Source: Hydrolagus colliei (lineage: Eukaryota). From it: a stretch of 64,000 nucleotides of DNA. Below the pieces are notes generated by a model, which saw nothing but the letters and a program-made list of their open reading frames with translations, searched no databases and had not been told where the DNA came from. Position numbers and translations under genes: made by a program. Positions 1 through 13,740 of this stretch are shown one piece after another (within the stretch, counting starts at the first letter, position 1; every line of letters begins with the position of its first letter). The stretch is from positions 9,238,001 through 9,302,000 of the forward strand of contig CM068761.1 of the NCBI GenBank assembly GCA_035084275.1. Reading direction: 5' to 3'.

Positions 1-352
1 GAGAGGTTTCAACAGGGTGAATAGGGAAAGACTGTTTCCACTGGTGGGCGAATCAGTGACTAGTGGTCACCGATTTAAAATAGTTTCAAAACGAAGCAGA
101 GGGGAGCTGAGGAGAAATGTTTTCACTCAGCGGGTTGTTCGAATCTGGAATGCATTGCCTGAAAAGGTGGTGGAGGCAGATTCCATAACAGCTTTTAAAA
201 GGGAACTAGATCTTTATATAGGAAGAGCAGGTCTGTTAGGTTATGGGGAGAGAGCTGGGCAGTGGGATTGAGTTGCTCTGTTTAAAGAGCCGGCACAGAC
301 TAGATGGGCCGAATGGCCTCCTTTTGTGCCGTATAATTCTATGATTCTATGA
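1..352 (+). mobile_element. CR1 LINE 3' end (ORF2 C-terminus plus 3' tail), cut by the window edge
   Basis: ORF 17..271 (FFTQRVV-like/WNALP motifs) ends in the ATTCTATG-type tail at 336-352; same family as 26650-27132 and 35959-36472. Confidence 0.92.
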
Positions 353-1030
353 CTGGGCAGGAAATAACAAAGGTGTGGATAAGGTATTCAAGGGCATTGA
401 GAAGTGAGCAATGTGACAGATTGGAAGAAAAACAGTCTTGGTCAGGGACTGAACTTGAGGAAGGAAGGAGAGCTGGGGATGTGTACTGGTTCAGTGACTT
501 TGAGAGAGAACGGGAAGTTAAGAAAGTCAAAACCAGAAGTGAGGATGTTGGCAGTAGCCAAAAAATAATAAAGTAATCCTTGTATTATAATAATAATAAT
601 AATATACAGCGCCTTTCACATCTGGAGGATTTCTCAAGGCTCTTCATGGGATTTTATTGTTAAGTATAGTTTTGTGAACAAATGTAGCAGCACACACATA
701 CAAACTTGAGGAAAAACTAATTTTAATGGATTCTTGGCCAGGATTGTTGTAGGGATGCAATGTTTAGCTGCACGAAATTGAGGTTCATCCAGGCCTTGAC
801 AAGCAGGTGGACAAAATATCAGTGAACTAGGGTGGTTTGTGTTCATGACATACATGTGGAAGTGAACCCCTTATCTGCAGCTGCCGTTACTATGAGGGAG
901 CATATAGATCAGGAAAACAAAGGGACCTTCATATACTCTGCAAGGAACAATGTGCGGGTGAGAGGAGAAAACGTCAGAGGAGATAAAGGAGCGGCAGTTG
1001 GGATTGGAACCAGGAGCCTCCGTCCCACAG
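353..1030 (-). mobile_element. Degraded L2 LINE fragments (about 353-575 and 780-1030) with a SINE/L2-type 3' tail between them
   Basis: The reverse complement resembles the L2 RT region seen intact at 2344-3456 (catacatgtggaa = FHMY of FHMYADD near 850-862). Confidence 0.6.
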
Positions 1031-1424
1031 AGGTAGATATTGAGCAACTGATCAATAGGGAAGAGGGGAAACACTCATAAGATGAATAAGGATTTAACCC
1101 AGAGGAGTGTTACCAAGACATCACACTTACACAGTGTTTTATAATAATCTTTTTCTTATAAAACAAAACTATTTCTCAGTTTTATTTATATCATTTGTAA
1201 ATAAAGTTGTATTCTGGATACACCTGACTTGGAGGAAATAAATTCTTGAAACTGCATGTTGTTTACCTATCAAACACGCAGTCACTAACCTTTGCAGTAA
1301 ATTGTGATGTGTTTTGAGACATCCTCCTGACATGAAAGGCCCCGTATCAAACATAAGGAATATTATCGATTTATTATTATCTACGTTGTTCATTTCTGTT
1401 TTATGTTATTTATTTCAAATGTGA

Positions 1425-1649
<225 letters not shown>

Positions 1650-1774
1650 TGAATATCATAGCACTAGCTTCACTCTTTCACTGATAATGATAATATACTA
1701 ATACACTCACCCTTTCCTCTCACCCTCACATTGTTTGATATAGAGTCTTATCAACAACAACTGCAACAAAATTA

Positions 1775-1960
1775 CATTTATAGAGCGCCTTTCACATCAG
1801 GAGGACATACCAAGTCTTCGAGACATCTCAAAGCGCTTCACAGAATAGACCATCAAGTGAATTGACTATATTTTGTGGGCGAAACGTGGCAGCCATTAAT
1901 GTACAGCATTGTCCCACAAACTGTCATTAATTCAGTGACAAAATTATTACTATTTATATT
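1775..1960 (-). mobile_element. 3' half of tRNA-derived SINE in DDT intron 2
   Basis: Matches the reverse complement of the SINE body and tail seen at 57015-57350 (ttgtgggcgaaa..gcagcca..tgtcccacaaac). Confidence 0.7.
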
Positions 1961-2164
1961 TTGGTTGAAGGGATTATTACCCCTGGAAAAGCCGACTGCC
2001 AAATGATTAATAACCGGGTTACTGCTAGGTAAACAGAGGCGTGTGGAACAAGGAAATCTGCCCATCGTTTTTAGCAAAATCTGTGTATCTGATAGGAACA
2101 TGACTTTATTCAGCCTCCCGACCCTATTTTGCCAGTTTATTAGATAATGGCAGATCTTTTAATC

Positions 2165-2305
2165 CCCTTTGAATCTGAAGCTGTGGGTTGAAGCCCCCAC
2201 ATCGGAAATTTGAGCCTTAGCTGACGCTGCAGTATAATGCCATAATGCTAAAAAGCCCATGACACTTTTTGAAAACAGAAGGGAGTTTCTTCTAGTGTCC
2301 TGGCC
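2165..2305 (+). mobile_element. DeuSINE/SacSINE1-like fragment
   Basis: Resembles the recalled shark DeuSINE consensus (gttgtgggttcaagtccc...cccatggcact...ggtgtcctggccaa) with an internal deletion; recalled, not aligned. Confidence 0.45.
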
Positions 2306-3592
2306 AACAACAACAATAACAATTTACATTTATAGAGCGCCTTTCACGTCCGGAGGACGTCCCAAGGCGCTGCACAGGAGGCGTGTGACCCGAGCTGGGA
2401 GGGGAGTGTTTGGGAAGGGGTGAAACACGAAGGGGAGGTAAAAGAGTTCGGGGTGGAATAAAAGTCACGATCGAAGAGGAAAGTCTTCGAACTGGCCTTG
2501 AAAGAGGAAAGGGAAGAGACGAAACAGAGGGATTGAGGGATGGCATTCCATAAGGTGGAGAAACAGAAGGCCCGGCCTCCGATGGTGGGACGGTTTGGGC
2601 GGGGAGCTTGGAGCAGGCCAAGTCCTGTTGAACGGAGGGTCCGGGTGGGCATGTAGGGGGAGAGTAGATCGATTGAGTAGGATGGGGCAAGGCCGTGTAA
2701 GGCCTTGTAGGTGAGGACGAGGATCTTAAACTCGATCCTCTGGAGGATGGGGAGCCAGTGGAGACGGGCGAGGGTGGGGGTTATGTGGTCACGGAGGCGG
2801 GTGCGGGATAGTACACGGGCTGCAGAGTTTTGGATGGCCTGCAGCCTATGAATGGAGGAACTGGGGAGGCCGACGAAGAGAGAATTTCCGTAGTCCAGCC
2901 GTGAGGTGATGTATGCATTCACGAGTGTTTCGGCAGCGCTGGGGGTAAGATAATTACGGAGCCTGGCAATGTTGCGCAGATGGAAATAGGCGGTGCCGGT
3001 CAAGGCACGGATGTGGGGGAGGAAGGAATGTTTTTGATCGAACATGATGCCGAGGTTCCTGATTGGCTTTGTGAGGTGGAGAGTGCAGCCTTGGATGTTG
3101 AGGCTGGCAGCGCCCGATGTGCGGAGGCGCTGGCTTGAGCCAATCAGGAGGGCCTCGGTCTTACTCACGTTCAATTGCAAAAGGTTGTCCCTCGTCCACG
3201 ACTCGATGTCGGACAGACATGCTGTCAGAACATCGATCGTCTGGGGGTTGAGGGATGAGGCAGAAAGGTACAACTGGGTGTCATACGCATACATGTGGAA
3301 ATTTACCCCATGTTTGCGGATGACGTCGCCCAGAGGGAGCGTGTAAAGGGTGAAAAGGAGGGGACCGAGGACAGAGGCCTGAGGGACGTCGTGAGAAACT
3401 GTGCGGGGGTTTGAAGAAAAACCATTGGAAGAAACAAAATGTAAACGGTGGGTCAAATAAGAGTGGAACCAGTCAAGGACTGTGCCTTGAAGGTTGAGGT
3501 GGGAGGAAAGACGTTGAAGGAGGATGGTGTGATCGACTGTGTTGAACGCAGCAGACAGGTCAAGGAGGACGAGGAGGCAGAGGGAGCCCTCC
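2306..3592 (-). mobile_element. L2 LINE, 5'-truncated, young family
   Basis: ORF 2344..3456 has the RT motif region ([45 protein letters not shown]) and a (CAA)n tail at about 2306-2320. Confidence 0.95.
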
Positions 3593-3828
3593 GGTTAAAG
3601 TTGGTGACTCTCTGCAAGGCTATTTGTGGGTTGTTGAGCTGTGCACCAAATTTGCTGGTGCGTTCACTTACAAAATACTAAATTACTAGATTCCTGGAAC
3701 TCAGACATTTTATCATGTTTGGGTATCTGAGTTTATAGACCACTGGGACTGGTTATTAAGGGGTTAACCTGTAAATAGCTTAATTGATGGGATGATGTTC
3801 TCTTTTGTTCTTTGACTTTGCTTTCTAG

Positions 3829-3892
3829 GATTTTGATCAGATTTTACTCCCTGGAACCTTGGCAGAACGCTACCGTCATGACCTTTCTATAG
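3829..3892 (+). CDS. DDT: D-dopachrome tautomerase terminal exon 3
   Basis: Polypyrimidine tract plus ctttctag acceptor (to 3828); translates (R)ILIRFYSLEPWQNATVMTFL* versus human [24 protein letters not shown]. Candidate AATAAA at 4457-4462. Confidence 0.92.
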
Positions 3893-4257
3893 AAATGTGG
3901 TTTCTGTTTGTTCCCTGGAAGGTGAGCTGTGACCAGATGCTGTGACCAATATATTAATAGAGAAGATACATTACACATTTAAAGGCATATCGCACCTTTC
4001 GAATTGGGAGGAGGACATCCCAACGTGCTGGGAAGATCTCAATCTTCAAGCTGATCTTTGGAATGTGATTCTTTGGATTGATGAGGGAATAATTATTTTC
4101 TGAGCCAATAGAAAAGTGCAGCCGTGATTCTCCCGTGCAATCCGCTGTAAATGGTGGCCTCCGTTACAAACCCACTACAACTATAGTGACTGGCCCCCAG
4201 CCTCTTCCCTTATGCCCACACGCATAAGTGTGGGCTTCACTCAGGCCCCACTGCTGT

Positions 4258-4430
4258 GATTGTCTGTGTGTGTGTCGCTCTCTCTCTCTCTGTGTTTGTG
4301 AGTACTGTATCTCTATGTGTGAGTCTCCTCTATATGTGCTTGTGAGGTTCTGTGTGAGTGTCACTATGTGTCTCTTTGTGTGTGTGTGTCTGTGTGGATG
4401 TGTCTGTTTCTCTCTGTAATGTGTGTCTAT
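4258..4430. repeat. Imperfect (TG)/(TC) microsatellite
   Basis: Dinucleotide runs seen directly; explains the low-complexity ORFs 4164..4451 and 4228..4419. Confidence 0.85.
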
Positions 4431-5131
4431 GCATATCTCCCAATAACGCATCTTTCAATAAAGTGAAAAACGTAGTTTGGCAGTAAAATGTACCTCAATA
4501 GCACCAATCATCCCCACAATACCTCCACATTTCTATGCAGTTTTGGGGGAAAATTTTCCGCAATTTTGTATTGGCACGGTTTATCACCCTGTAAAAGGAG
4601 TGAAAAAGGAATAGATACCGGGCTCTGAGTTTCCACTGGAGGTGTAAACCCTGCCTAGATCGATGGGATGAAATTCTCATTTGCCCAGTTAGGCTCACAG
4701 CTGTGTTTTATTTGGAATTAAATTACAAATGTCACTGCTGACAGCCTGTGTGGGAAAGGGAATGACAGATTGACGTTGTAGGGGAACTCGTCTGAGACTC
4801 TAGGTTGGTAGAGCTGAGCACAGAGGAGCTTTTGTCTATTCCTCACTTTCGGCATGGCTCGATATCAACATTGGATGCCCCATATAGCAAAAATGTGATC
4901 TTGATAATCATCAAAATTCATTAAAAGAAACTCAATGAAGACATTGTAACAGCAAAATGTGGTTAATCATTATGATTGAAGCAAACCGTCTGATGTCTGG
5001 AATTAAACAGATTCTACAGATTATTCTGGTGTAGTTTATTATCACACAATCCTATTTCAGATTGAAAATAGATTTTAATTTACTTTGTTGTAAACCATTT
5101 AAATGAGTTGAGGTTTCCCCCTACCTGGTGT

Positions 5132-5157
5132 GGGGGGGGGGGGGGGGGGGGGGGGGG
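5132..5157. repeat. Poly-G run (26 nt)
   Basis: Seen directly. Confidence 0.95.
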
Positions 5158-7216
5158 TATAATGCTCAAGGCCACCAGGACATTCCTCACTTCTCACCTG
5201 TTTTTGTAATTTGAAGCAATTTATATTTACAGCTCCTATACACAGGGAATTTGTTTTGGTCAACCAGGTTCTGACACATACAGAAACATACATACAGAAA
5301 CACATCGCTATGGTTAAGAGTATCCAAATCAAGCTAAGATTTCTATGTATTTCATCTACACATAGAATTCCCAGAGATAGATTGTTGGAATGGAATCCAC
5401 TCTCCCTGGAGGGACACATCCTGTTTACCTAATTCCCGAGAGTATGAGGCGCACAATTGGCTGCCGCATTTCGCCCACAGATATACAGTCAATTCATTTT
5501 AGAGTATATTCTGTTTGTGAAACGATTTGAATGTCTAAATGACGTGAAAAGCGCTAATAAATAAATAATCACTGTAGTTGATATAGCGCATTCCACATCT
5601 TATCGACGTCTCAAATGAAAGGATTATTATTATTATTATTATCATTTCCATTTTTCGGCCGAAAATCGTATCAAATGTAAAAACCTGTTGAGAGATTTCA
5701 AAAAAGCATTACATCCTGAAGCTCTACAAATACAGGTGTTTGTACCTAATTTCAGGCCCTTAAAAATTATATATTGAGAGATGTTAAATGCAGACCCTCC
5801 ACATAGCTCCAAATCACTGACGAGACATTGCCTTGGGACAATATCTAAATATGAAAGGTAAAACACAAATCTAATTTCATAATGTTTACATAATTGTGTC
5901 TAGCCGTATGGTTATTTCTGGATCATGACTAATCCCAAGTCAAGGCGCACACAAGCCCATGTGCGTATCTACACCACATTACATTGTGTGAAGGATGCTA
6001 AATAAATGTGAGTTTTTGTTGATGTTGTTGTTTGAATACTTGTTTTAGAATGCCAACTGGGTGACATTCAGCAAATCTATGTGATTCTCTAGCTCTTTTC
6101 TTCCTTTCAATCATGATGTACTTACTGCGTCAGCATCACAATTTTCCTCGTACACTTTTTATTTGCACATATATATATCTGATGACAAAGTTAAAAAATG
6201 AATCATGCACAAATGAAGGATGACCTCCAAACCAATCACAGATCATTTCCTAGTGCTGAATTCTACCATTATTAATTTACCTTGCAATCATGCTGATTAG
6301 ATTATTCTTTCTAAATCCATAATATTGATACATTTAGGATTACATTAATTCAGCTCCTTATTTGGGAGGATAGCTCGAAGGTCGTTGTTGACATCAGCCC
6401 ATTAGTTTATTGCAACATGGCAGAAAGAGCAATGAACGGAATGACAATTTTTTATTTGGTGGAACGATGTCTAGGATACTGCAAAAGCTTATCCTCATCC
6501 AAGGTAGAGCACGTCCAAAAATGCAATACACCTCCCCACCCTGCATTGGAGTGTCAGCATTGACAATGTATGTTCCAAATGTAGACATGGTACTGGAACT
6601 CCGAATCCTCTGAATCTTGGGGGGGAATGCCTCCAACTGTGCCATTCAGTCACACTGACACATATAGTCATCTGGCATGCCTTGAGTCAGAAAGTGAATA
6701 AATGACGTTGAACCAGTCCCAGTCCCACACATCATTCCCTTGTCCTAAATTCTTCTCATAGTAGTTTACATGCCAATTGCACCATTTAGACCCCGTATTT
6801 ATCTGTCCAAAAATTATAATAAATTTACTGTTACTATAATGTTCATGTTATATTTGAAGGTTGGACCATTCCATGGATCAATGAATATTATGCATGTTTG
6901 CAGTAGCCAATTCAAACTCAACAGTTTTCCATAAGCAGCAACGAAATGAAAAAAAATACCAACTACAGATTACAGTTGTATATCACTGAATGATGAATTT
7001 TTATTTGGGGGCATCTTGTCAGGATGTTGCAAATGCTCATTTTACCTTTTCAAATGTGTCATATTTTAGATCCAGATAAACTGCCAAACTGAGATCTAAT
7101 CAGAACAATGGCACCTCCAACATTTCAGCAAACCTGCAGCACAGCATCAGTGTCAATATTGTCAATATATGTATATGTTCCAATTACAGGTTTGGAGCTT
7201 GAAACCACCAACCATC

Positions 7217-8856
7217 TTCTCCGTCCACCCCGCCTCGAAGATCCTCTCCTCCAACTCCCGCTGCGAGGAGATGCTGGATTTCCTCATGACCAAAATCGAG
7301 GGAATCAACTCTGCAGTCATTGACCCCCAACTTCCACCTCATCGCTACCTCGCTCCCACACCACATCTCCTACACACCCCTTCTTCCATAGCTTGAACGC
7401 AATCTCCCCATCCTCAATCATTGAGACTATCTACTCAATGAAGCTCACCACCTGCTCCCTAGATCCCATCCCCATCCATCTCCTCATCACCCTGCTTCAC
7501 CTTCTAGCCCATCTAATCACTGACACTATCAAACTGTGCCTCTCATCCAGGAATGTTCCCATTGCCTTCAAAACCACCACCATCACCCCCATCCTAAAAA
7601 AGCCTTCCCTTGATGCATCGTAGCTGTCTAGCGATCGGCCCATCACAGTACTTCCTCCTCGAACCCCTCCAATCAGGTTTCCATGCTCTCCACAGCACGG
7701 AAACTGCCCTGGTCAAAGTCACAAACGACATTCTAAACATCTGTGACCAGGGCTCCCTTTGCCTCCTCGTCCTCCTTGACCTATTCGCTGCCTTCGACCG
7801 TGGACCACGGTATCCTCCTCCACTACCTCTCCTCCCTCCTCAACTTGCAAGGATGTGTCCTCGAATGGTTCTATCTCTCCCGCCGCCTTCACTTCATCTC
7901 TTCCAACGGCTTCTCCTCCAGCCCCCATACAGTCACATGCGGCGTTCCCCGGGGCTACGTCCTCGGCCCCCTGCTCTTCACCCTCCAGCGATATCATCGA
8001 TAGACATGGGGTAAATTTTCACATGTATGCGGATGATACCCAAATCTGCATATCCGCATCAACCCTCGATTCCACTGGCGTTCTGATTGGATGTCTGTTC
8101 GACATCGAGTCCTGGACGAGTGCAAGTTTCCTACAACTCAACGTCAACAAGACGGAAGCCCTCCTGATTGGCTCACGTCAGCACCACCGCACGTCAGGCG
8201 CCAAAAACTTCAGCGTTCAAGGCTGCTTTGTCCAACTCTCAAAACCAATCAGGAATCTGGGAGTGTTGTTTGAGTTTGAGCTGTCCTTCCTCCCCCATAT
8301 CTGCACAGCCTTCCATCATCTCCGCAATATTGCCAGACTCCGCCACAACCCACGCCGCCATAACCCTCTTCCTCATCTTTATCACTTCCAGGCTCGACCA
8401 CAGGAACTCCCTCCTCGTCGGCCTCCGCAGCTCTTCCCTTCACAGGCTGCAAATTATTTGGAACTCTGCAGCCCGTGTACTCTCCCGTACCAGGCTTCGC
8501 AACACATCGCTCCCAACCTCGCCCGTCTCCATTGGCTCCCCGTCACCCAGACGATCGAAATCAAGATACATGTCTTCACTTTCAAGGCCATTCACGGCCT
8601 TGCCCCCTCGTGTCTCTCTAACCTACTGTCTCCCTATCAGCCTGCCTGCATCCTCCATTCAGCAGACTCAGGGCTGCTTCGCGTCCACCGCCCTAACCAC
8701 CCAACCATCGGTGGCCGGGCTTTCAGCCTCTCTGCTCCCACACTGTGGAACTCCCTTCTGCAGCCCATTCACCTTGCTTCCTCCCTTTCCTACTTCAAGG
8801 CCGGTCTCAAGACCTTCCTCTTCGTTCACGGCTTTGGCTGTCCCACTTACTGTCCC
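7217..8856 (+). mobile_element. L2 LINE fragment with frameshifts, present only in duplication copy 1
   Basis: ORFs 7610..8014, 7855..8865 and 8168..8974 carry [24 protein letters not shown] and SRLD motifs; absent at the orthologous point (about 24680-24890) of copy 2. Confidence 0.9.
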
Positions 8857-11800
8857 TCTGGATGATGGGGAGCCAATAGAGTCAGGTGAGGATGAGGTAG
8901 ATGAGGTCACAGAGTTTGGAATGGCAGAGGGCATGGGCCACAGAGTTCTGGATGATCTGCAGCCTGCAGAGTGAGGAAGTGGGAAGGCCAACCAGGAAGT
9001 TTGTATAATCTAGTTTGTATGTAATGAAGCCATGGATGATGGTTTCAGTGGCTTTGGGGATGAGGTAGTGGCAGAGTCGGGCAACGTTGCAGAGATGGGG
9101 AAAGGCAGAGCAAGTCATTGATTGGATGTGAGGGAGGTAAGACAGTTGAGTGTTGAACAAGACACCTAAGTTCCTGACTGACTTTATCAGGTTGAGTGTG
9201 TCACCATGGAGGTTGATGCTGCCAGCGCCTGGTGCAAGAAGGCACTGGCATGAGCCATTCAGTGGGGCCTCTGTCTTGTTGACATTCAACTGTAGATGGT
9301 TAGCTCTCTTCCAGGACTTGATTCCTGACAGACAGTCTGTCAGGACAGTGGTAGTCCAAGAGTTGAGGGCAGAGGCAGAGTGACAGAGTTGGGTGTCATC
9401 CGCATACATGTGGAAGTTGAACCAATGTCTGCAGTTGATGTCACGTCGTAGATGTTGTAGCTGTTGATTTTGAAAAGTAAGAGACAAGGACAGAGCCCTG
9501 GTGGAAGCCACGGGGTGACAGTGTGGGGGCAGGAGGAGAAGCCATTGGTGGTGACAATGTGGTGACATGAGAGAGGTACAACAACAACAACTTCGATTTA
9601 TATAGTGCCCTCCACGCCAGACGGCGTATCAGAGCACTCCACAATAGCGGATCCTGGTACCGAACCATGGGCAGAGGTAGAAAGGTGACCAAAGTTGCGG
9701 TCAAATAGAGAGGTCTTCAGCTAGGACCTGGACTGAGAAAAGAGGGAGCGAGGTGAAGGTAATGAGGAAGGGAATTCCAGAGCCTCGGGCCTTAGTGGCT
9801 GAATGAAAAGCCACCGAGGGTGGAGCAGAGGATTCGGGGGACGTCGAGTACGCCAGACCCACTGGAGCAAAGGCAAGGGGTGCTGGTTGAGGGAAGTAGT
9901 GGTGTGCAGTGGAGCGGAGGGATTTGAAGACAAGGTTGAGGATCTTGAAGTCGATCCTTCTGGGATAGGGATCCAGTAAAGTCTGGAAAGGATTGGTGTA
10001 ATGGGGGAGCGAAGTTTGGTGTGGGTGAGAATGTGGGCAGCAGAGTTCTGAATGAGTTGGACTCTATGGATTGTGGAGCAGGGGAGAATGGCGAGGAGTG
10101 CATTGGAAAAGAGGTGTCAAAGGCGTGGACCAGGATTTCAGTGGCTTTTGGGGTGAGGTATTGTTGGAGATGGGTGATCTGTCGGAGGCGGCAGAAGGCA
10201 GTGCTCGTGACGGACTGGATGTGAGGGAAGAAAGGCAGTTGGAGGTCGAACCTGATGCCTAGGTTGTGCACAGGTTTGAACAGTTTTACGGGCAGAATGT
10301 GAAGGTGAGGAGGTGAGAGCAGTGAAAAATTGAGACATTGGCGAGAGCCAAAGAGTATGAATGGGTGTCGAACCAGGCAAGGGCACGTGTGTGTTGATTG
10401 ACCGGCCAGGAGATACAGTGTAGGAGGACATTGTTAAAGGGAGCAACGAGGTCAAGGATTACAGGAGGGAAATGAGCGAAGCTGGGAAGCAATGACTCAT
10501 TGGAGAGGATGGGTGGTTGGAGACGTGGCAATAGCTAGACAGTAGTAATGCGTTGAGAGTAGGTTTGATCAGATGGGGGTGATGACAGCAGTTTTTAGAG
10601 GAATGGGGATGCTGCTGGTGGATAGGCAGAGGTTGATGATGGCAGTTAAGAGGGGAGAATAGGCGACAGAGCTGGAAGATGAGAAGAGGGGTTAGGGATG
10701 GGATCAAGGGAACAGGTTGGTTGGTTTTATTTTGCGGAGGAGCAGAAAAGGCTGGTGGAGAGATATCCAGTGGGGGTGGGAGGGAAATGGATACTAGGGG
10801 AGAGTTAGAAGATGTGGGCTGAACGAATCCCCTCCATTTTCACCGACAAATATACAGTCAACTCACTTTAAAGTATATTTTATTAAGCTCTTTTGGAAGT
10901 CTAGAAGACGTAAAAAGCACTATACCACATTCAAAGATTTTTATTATTATCAATTCCTTGCTCCAGTACTCCAAACTTAGCTCCTCCACGACCATCATCT
11001 CTGATCACTTAAATCCCAAACAGGAACTTCAAGTGACTCATAGTTCTCTGCCACCCGTTGTTCAAGCATTCTCCAACTGACTTCCCTTCAGACCCATTTC
11101 TCATTGTCATCCCTATAGCTCTTTTGCCAATTAATATAACTCTGTTTTTTTCTATCTACTGAACCACCCCCACCCCCACTTCCCCCCCCCCCCCCCCCCC
11201 CACCCCCACCCCCTCCCCACGAAAGTGATGACGATAAGGAGTGATTGGTGGTGTCAGAGGGTAGAGGGGCAAAGAGGTAGTGTTTGGAGATAACAAGGGT
11301 GTGGGGATGGATTCAAAGGAGTGGGTTGTGTGTTTCATGGTCGATATGGTGGTGTTTGGCGAAAAGTGGGAAATGTGGAAGCGGCGAAGGTAGGGGTTGA
11401 GTGTGTGCAGAAGGTGGGGAGGAAGCTGTGTTTGGGGTTGGGGGTGGTGGTGGGTCAGAGGCTGCTCAATGGATTTGGAAGAGGCAAGAGAGCAACGGTA
11501 TATTCTAATCTCATCTGGCCACATAGGCTGGTGGACCATTAAGTCAAATTTGAGCATGTTGCATTCGATGGCCTCCACCTTACCCCGGAGGAGTGAGTGC
11601 GGTAACGGAGTGAGAATTGTGATTTGGATGTGGTTGCTGAGGTGAGGGGGCAAGGGCATTGACAGTAGTTGAGGGGGTGTTATGGAGGAAAAGGATTGAG
11701 CAGGATCAGTCAGTGTGTGACCACATTTCTCTGGTTTGAGTCCAAATTAGCCAACCACCATCACTTCATCTCCATAAATCATTTTACTTCCTGCCAAGGC

Positions 11801-12950
11801 AGTCACCTGTGGTTTACTCCAAGGCTTAAACTTGAGTCTCCGTTTTTCCTTACAGTATTTACTCGCTACCTCTCCCTAATGCAGAAATGTTGGATTTATT
11901 TATCCCAATGCTTGACAATCAAATCCAAGTCTATCCATCTATCCTCCTCTTCATCCTTTTCCTTGTAACACTGGGACAAATCTTGTTTTATTTAGCTGCT
12001 TGTCAAATATCAACTCCTGGTTCAACGCCAATTTCCAGCAGCTGCATTTCGATAAGATGGAAACCATACATTTTGGCTCCTATCAATATTTTTTCTAATG
12101 TGGATCTGACCTGTTCAGCCACCCGCAGCACATTTCCCCGAACCACCCCACCTCCACCTCCACGACCACCACCACCTACCTATCCCTACCATGTACCAAA
12201 CCTGTGGTGAACTCAGGTGTCAAGTTCAATTTGGTTCATAGGATGAATCTCCTCACAAACCAGCACGACTTTCTTCCACCTGTGTCATATTGCCCAGCTA
12301 CACAACACGCTGAATGCAGTCGGAAATTTCCCAATGCCTCTGTCACCTCCTCTCTTGACTACTCAATAGTCTCCCCTTCTCCACTGTACACAAAATCAAA
12401 GGTTTGGTTGTGGAGGGGGAGGGGAGAGGGGTGTGTAGCGTAAGAATCAGCGGCCCTCCAGCGGGTATTAGAGCTGTATGTGGGTGTGTTGATGAGTGGA
12501 AACCACCTACTTTTGCAGAACTTTGAATGTGTTTTCAGTAAGCAGTGTTGGAAACAGTTTTGAAGTGAGCGTGGCAATGAAAAGAGAGAAAGAGTTTAGC
12601 AGAGAGTGTGGAGAAGAAGTTGGATCATCAGCAGTATGGTGATGAGAAAGGTCAAGAGAGAAAGTAATGGGATTATGGTCAATTACAATGTTGGAAATCG
12701 AGAAGGAAAGATGCAATAAATGTGTGTATAATACAAACACTAGGGGAGGCACAGGAGAAAGATGGAGGGAAGGCAAGAACAGGCAAATGCTGCCTAGCGG
12801 ATTTTGCTCATGACAAATAAATGAAAATAATAAGTGCTTCGAAATGCCATTGGGTGTGAAGGGCACTATAATCAATGCAATATGTTGGGACGTCCTGAAG
12901 TCGTGAAAGGCTCTATACTCATGTAATTTTGTTGTTAGTTGCACCTGCCC
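8857..12950 (-). mobile_element. Patchwork of old L2 fragments (mostly minus strand) with SINE tails
   Basis: ORF 8882..9568 has [19 protein letters not shown] and ORF 9792..10271 is L2-like; (CAA)n tails at 9579-9592. The orthologous patchwork lies at 24890-29400. Confidence 0.8.
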
Positions 12951-13740
12951 CTGGCTGGGTCCCAGGATCCATTGTTGTGAAGCGCTCTGAAACGCTGTCC
13001 CGTGTGGAGTGCGCTATATAAATCAAAGATGTTGTTTTTGTAGTTATTGCTTTTATTATTTGTCATGAGAGGTTACGAATGCAGTGACAGTAGAGATCAG
13101 AAGAAATTGTTCAGCTCCCTCCTCAACCTAACATATTGCACAATTTATCTCTTACCCTCTCACAGATTATTTCAATCACATTATTTTGTTTTTGCCATTA
13201 TTATTTTCGACTTTCTTTGTCTTTTTTTCATTGGACCTTATGGAGATAACTCCCAAACATGTTTCTGATCTGTTGTCCGTTACAGTTCCTTCGTGAGACA
13301 GAATAATGGGTATCCTCAGGTTATTTTGTAATCGATTAATTGAACGAACTGATGCATGTTATCTGGTCAATTTAGCAAAGATAAATCATATTTGATTCTG
13401 ATTTAGTTTTCTGGTACCATTCCTGAGTATTGTCCTGGGATGCAGTTCATAGATTGTAATGGATGTCAAGACCACCAAAGACCTTTCCTGGTGGGACAAT
13501 TATAAACATCATCTCACTGGAGGCCTTTGCCCAGCGACGCTCCTGTCACTGTTACCAGTTGGCTATGTGCCCAGAAAATAAACTATGCTTGTCTCCCAAT
13601 GTCAACCAAATACTTGCCACAGAAGAGCCCAATATAATGGTATCCTAATGGGTAGTCTATCTAGACCAGTGCTGTTGATAATGTGTAAGAAAAGGTCTTC
13701 AAAATCAAACGTTTCCAGGTTTAAATAATACTTTTTGAAA

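Noticed and set aside
4460-4890. Possible ancient conserved SINE or ultraconserved element 3' of DDT
   Set aside because: Only a vague resemblance; it could not be matched to any motif with confidence.
6394-7200. ORF-like AT-rich block (6394..6645 and paralogue 23925..24200) with an internally repeated gtgtca..attg.caat..atgttccaa motif
   Set aside because: The frames are not preserved between the two copies and no protein family was recognised; possibly an old transposon remnant. It needs tBLASTx or Dfam.
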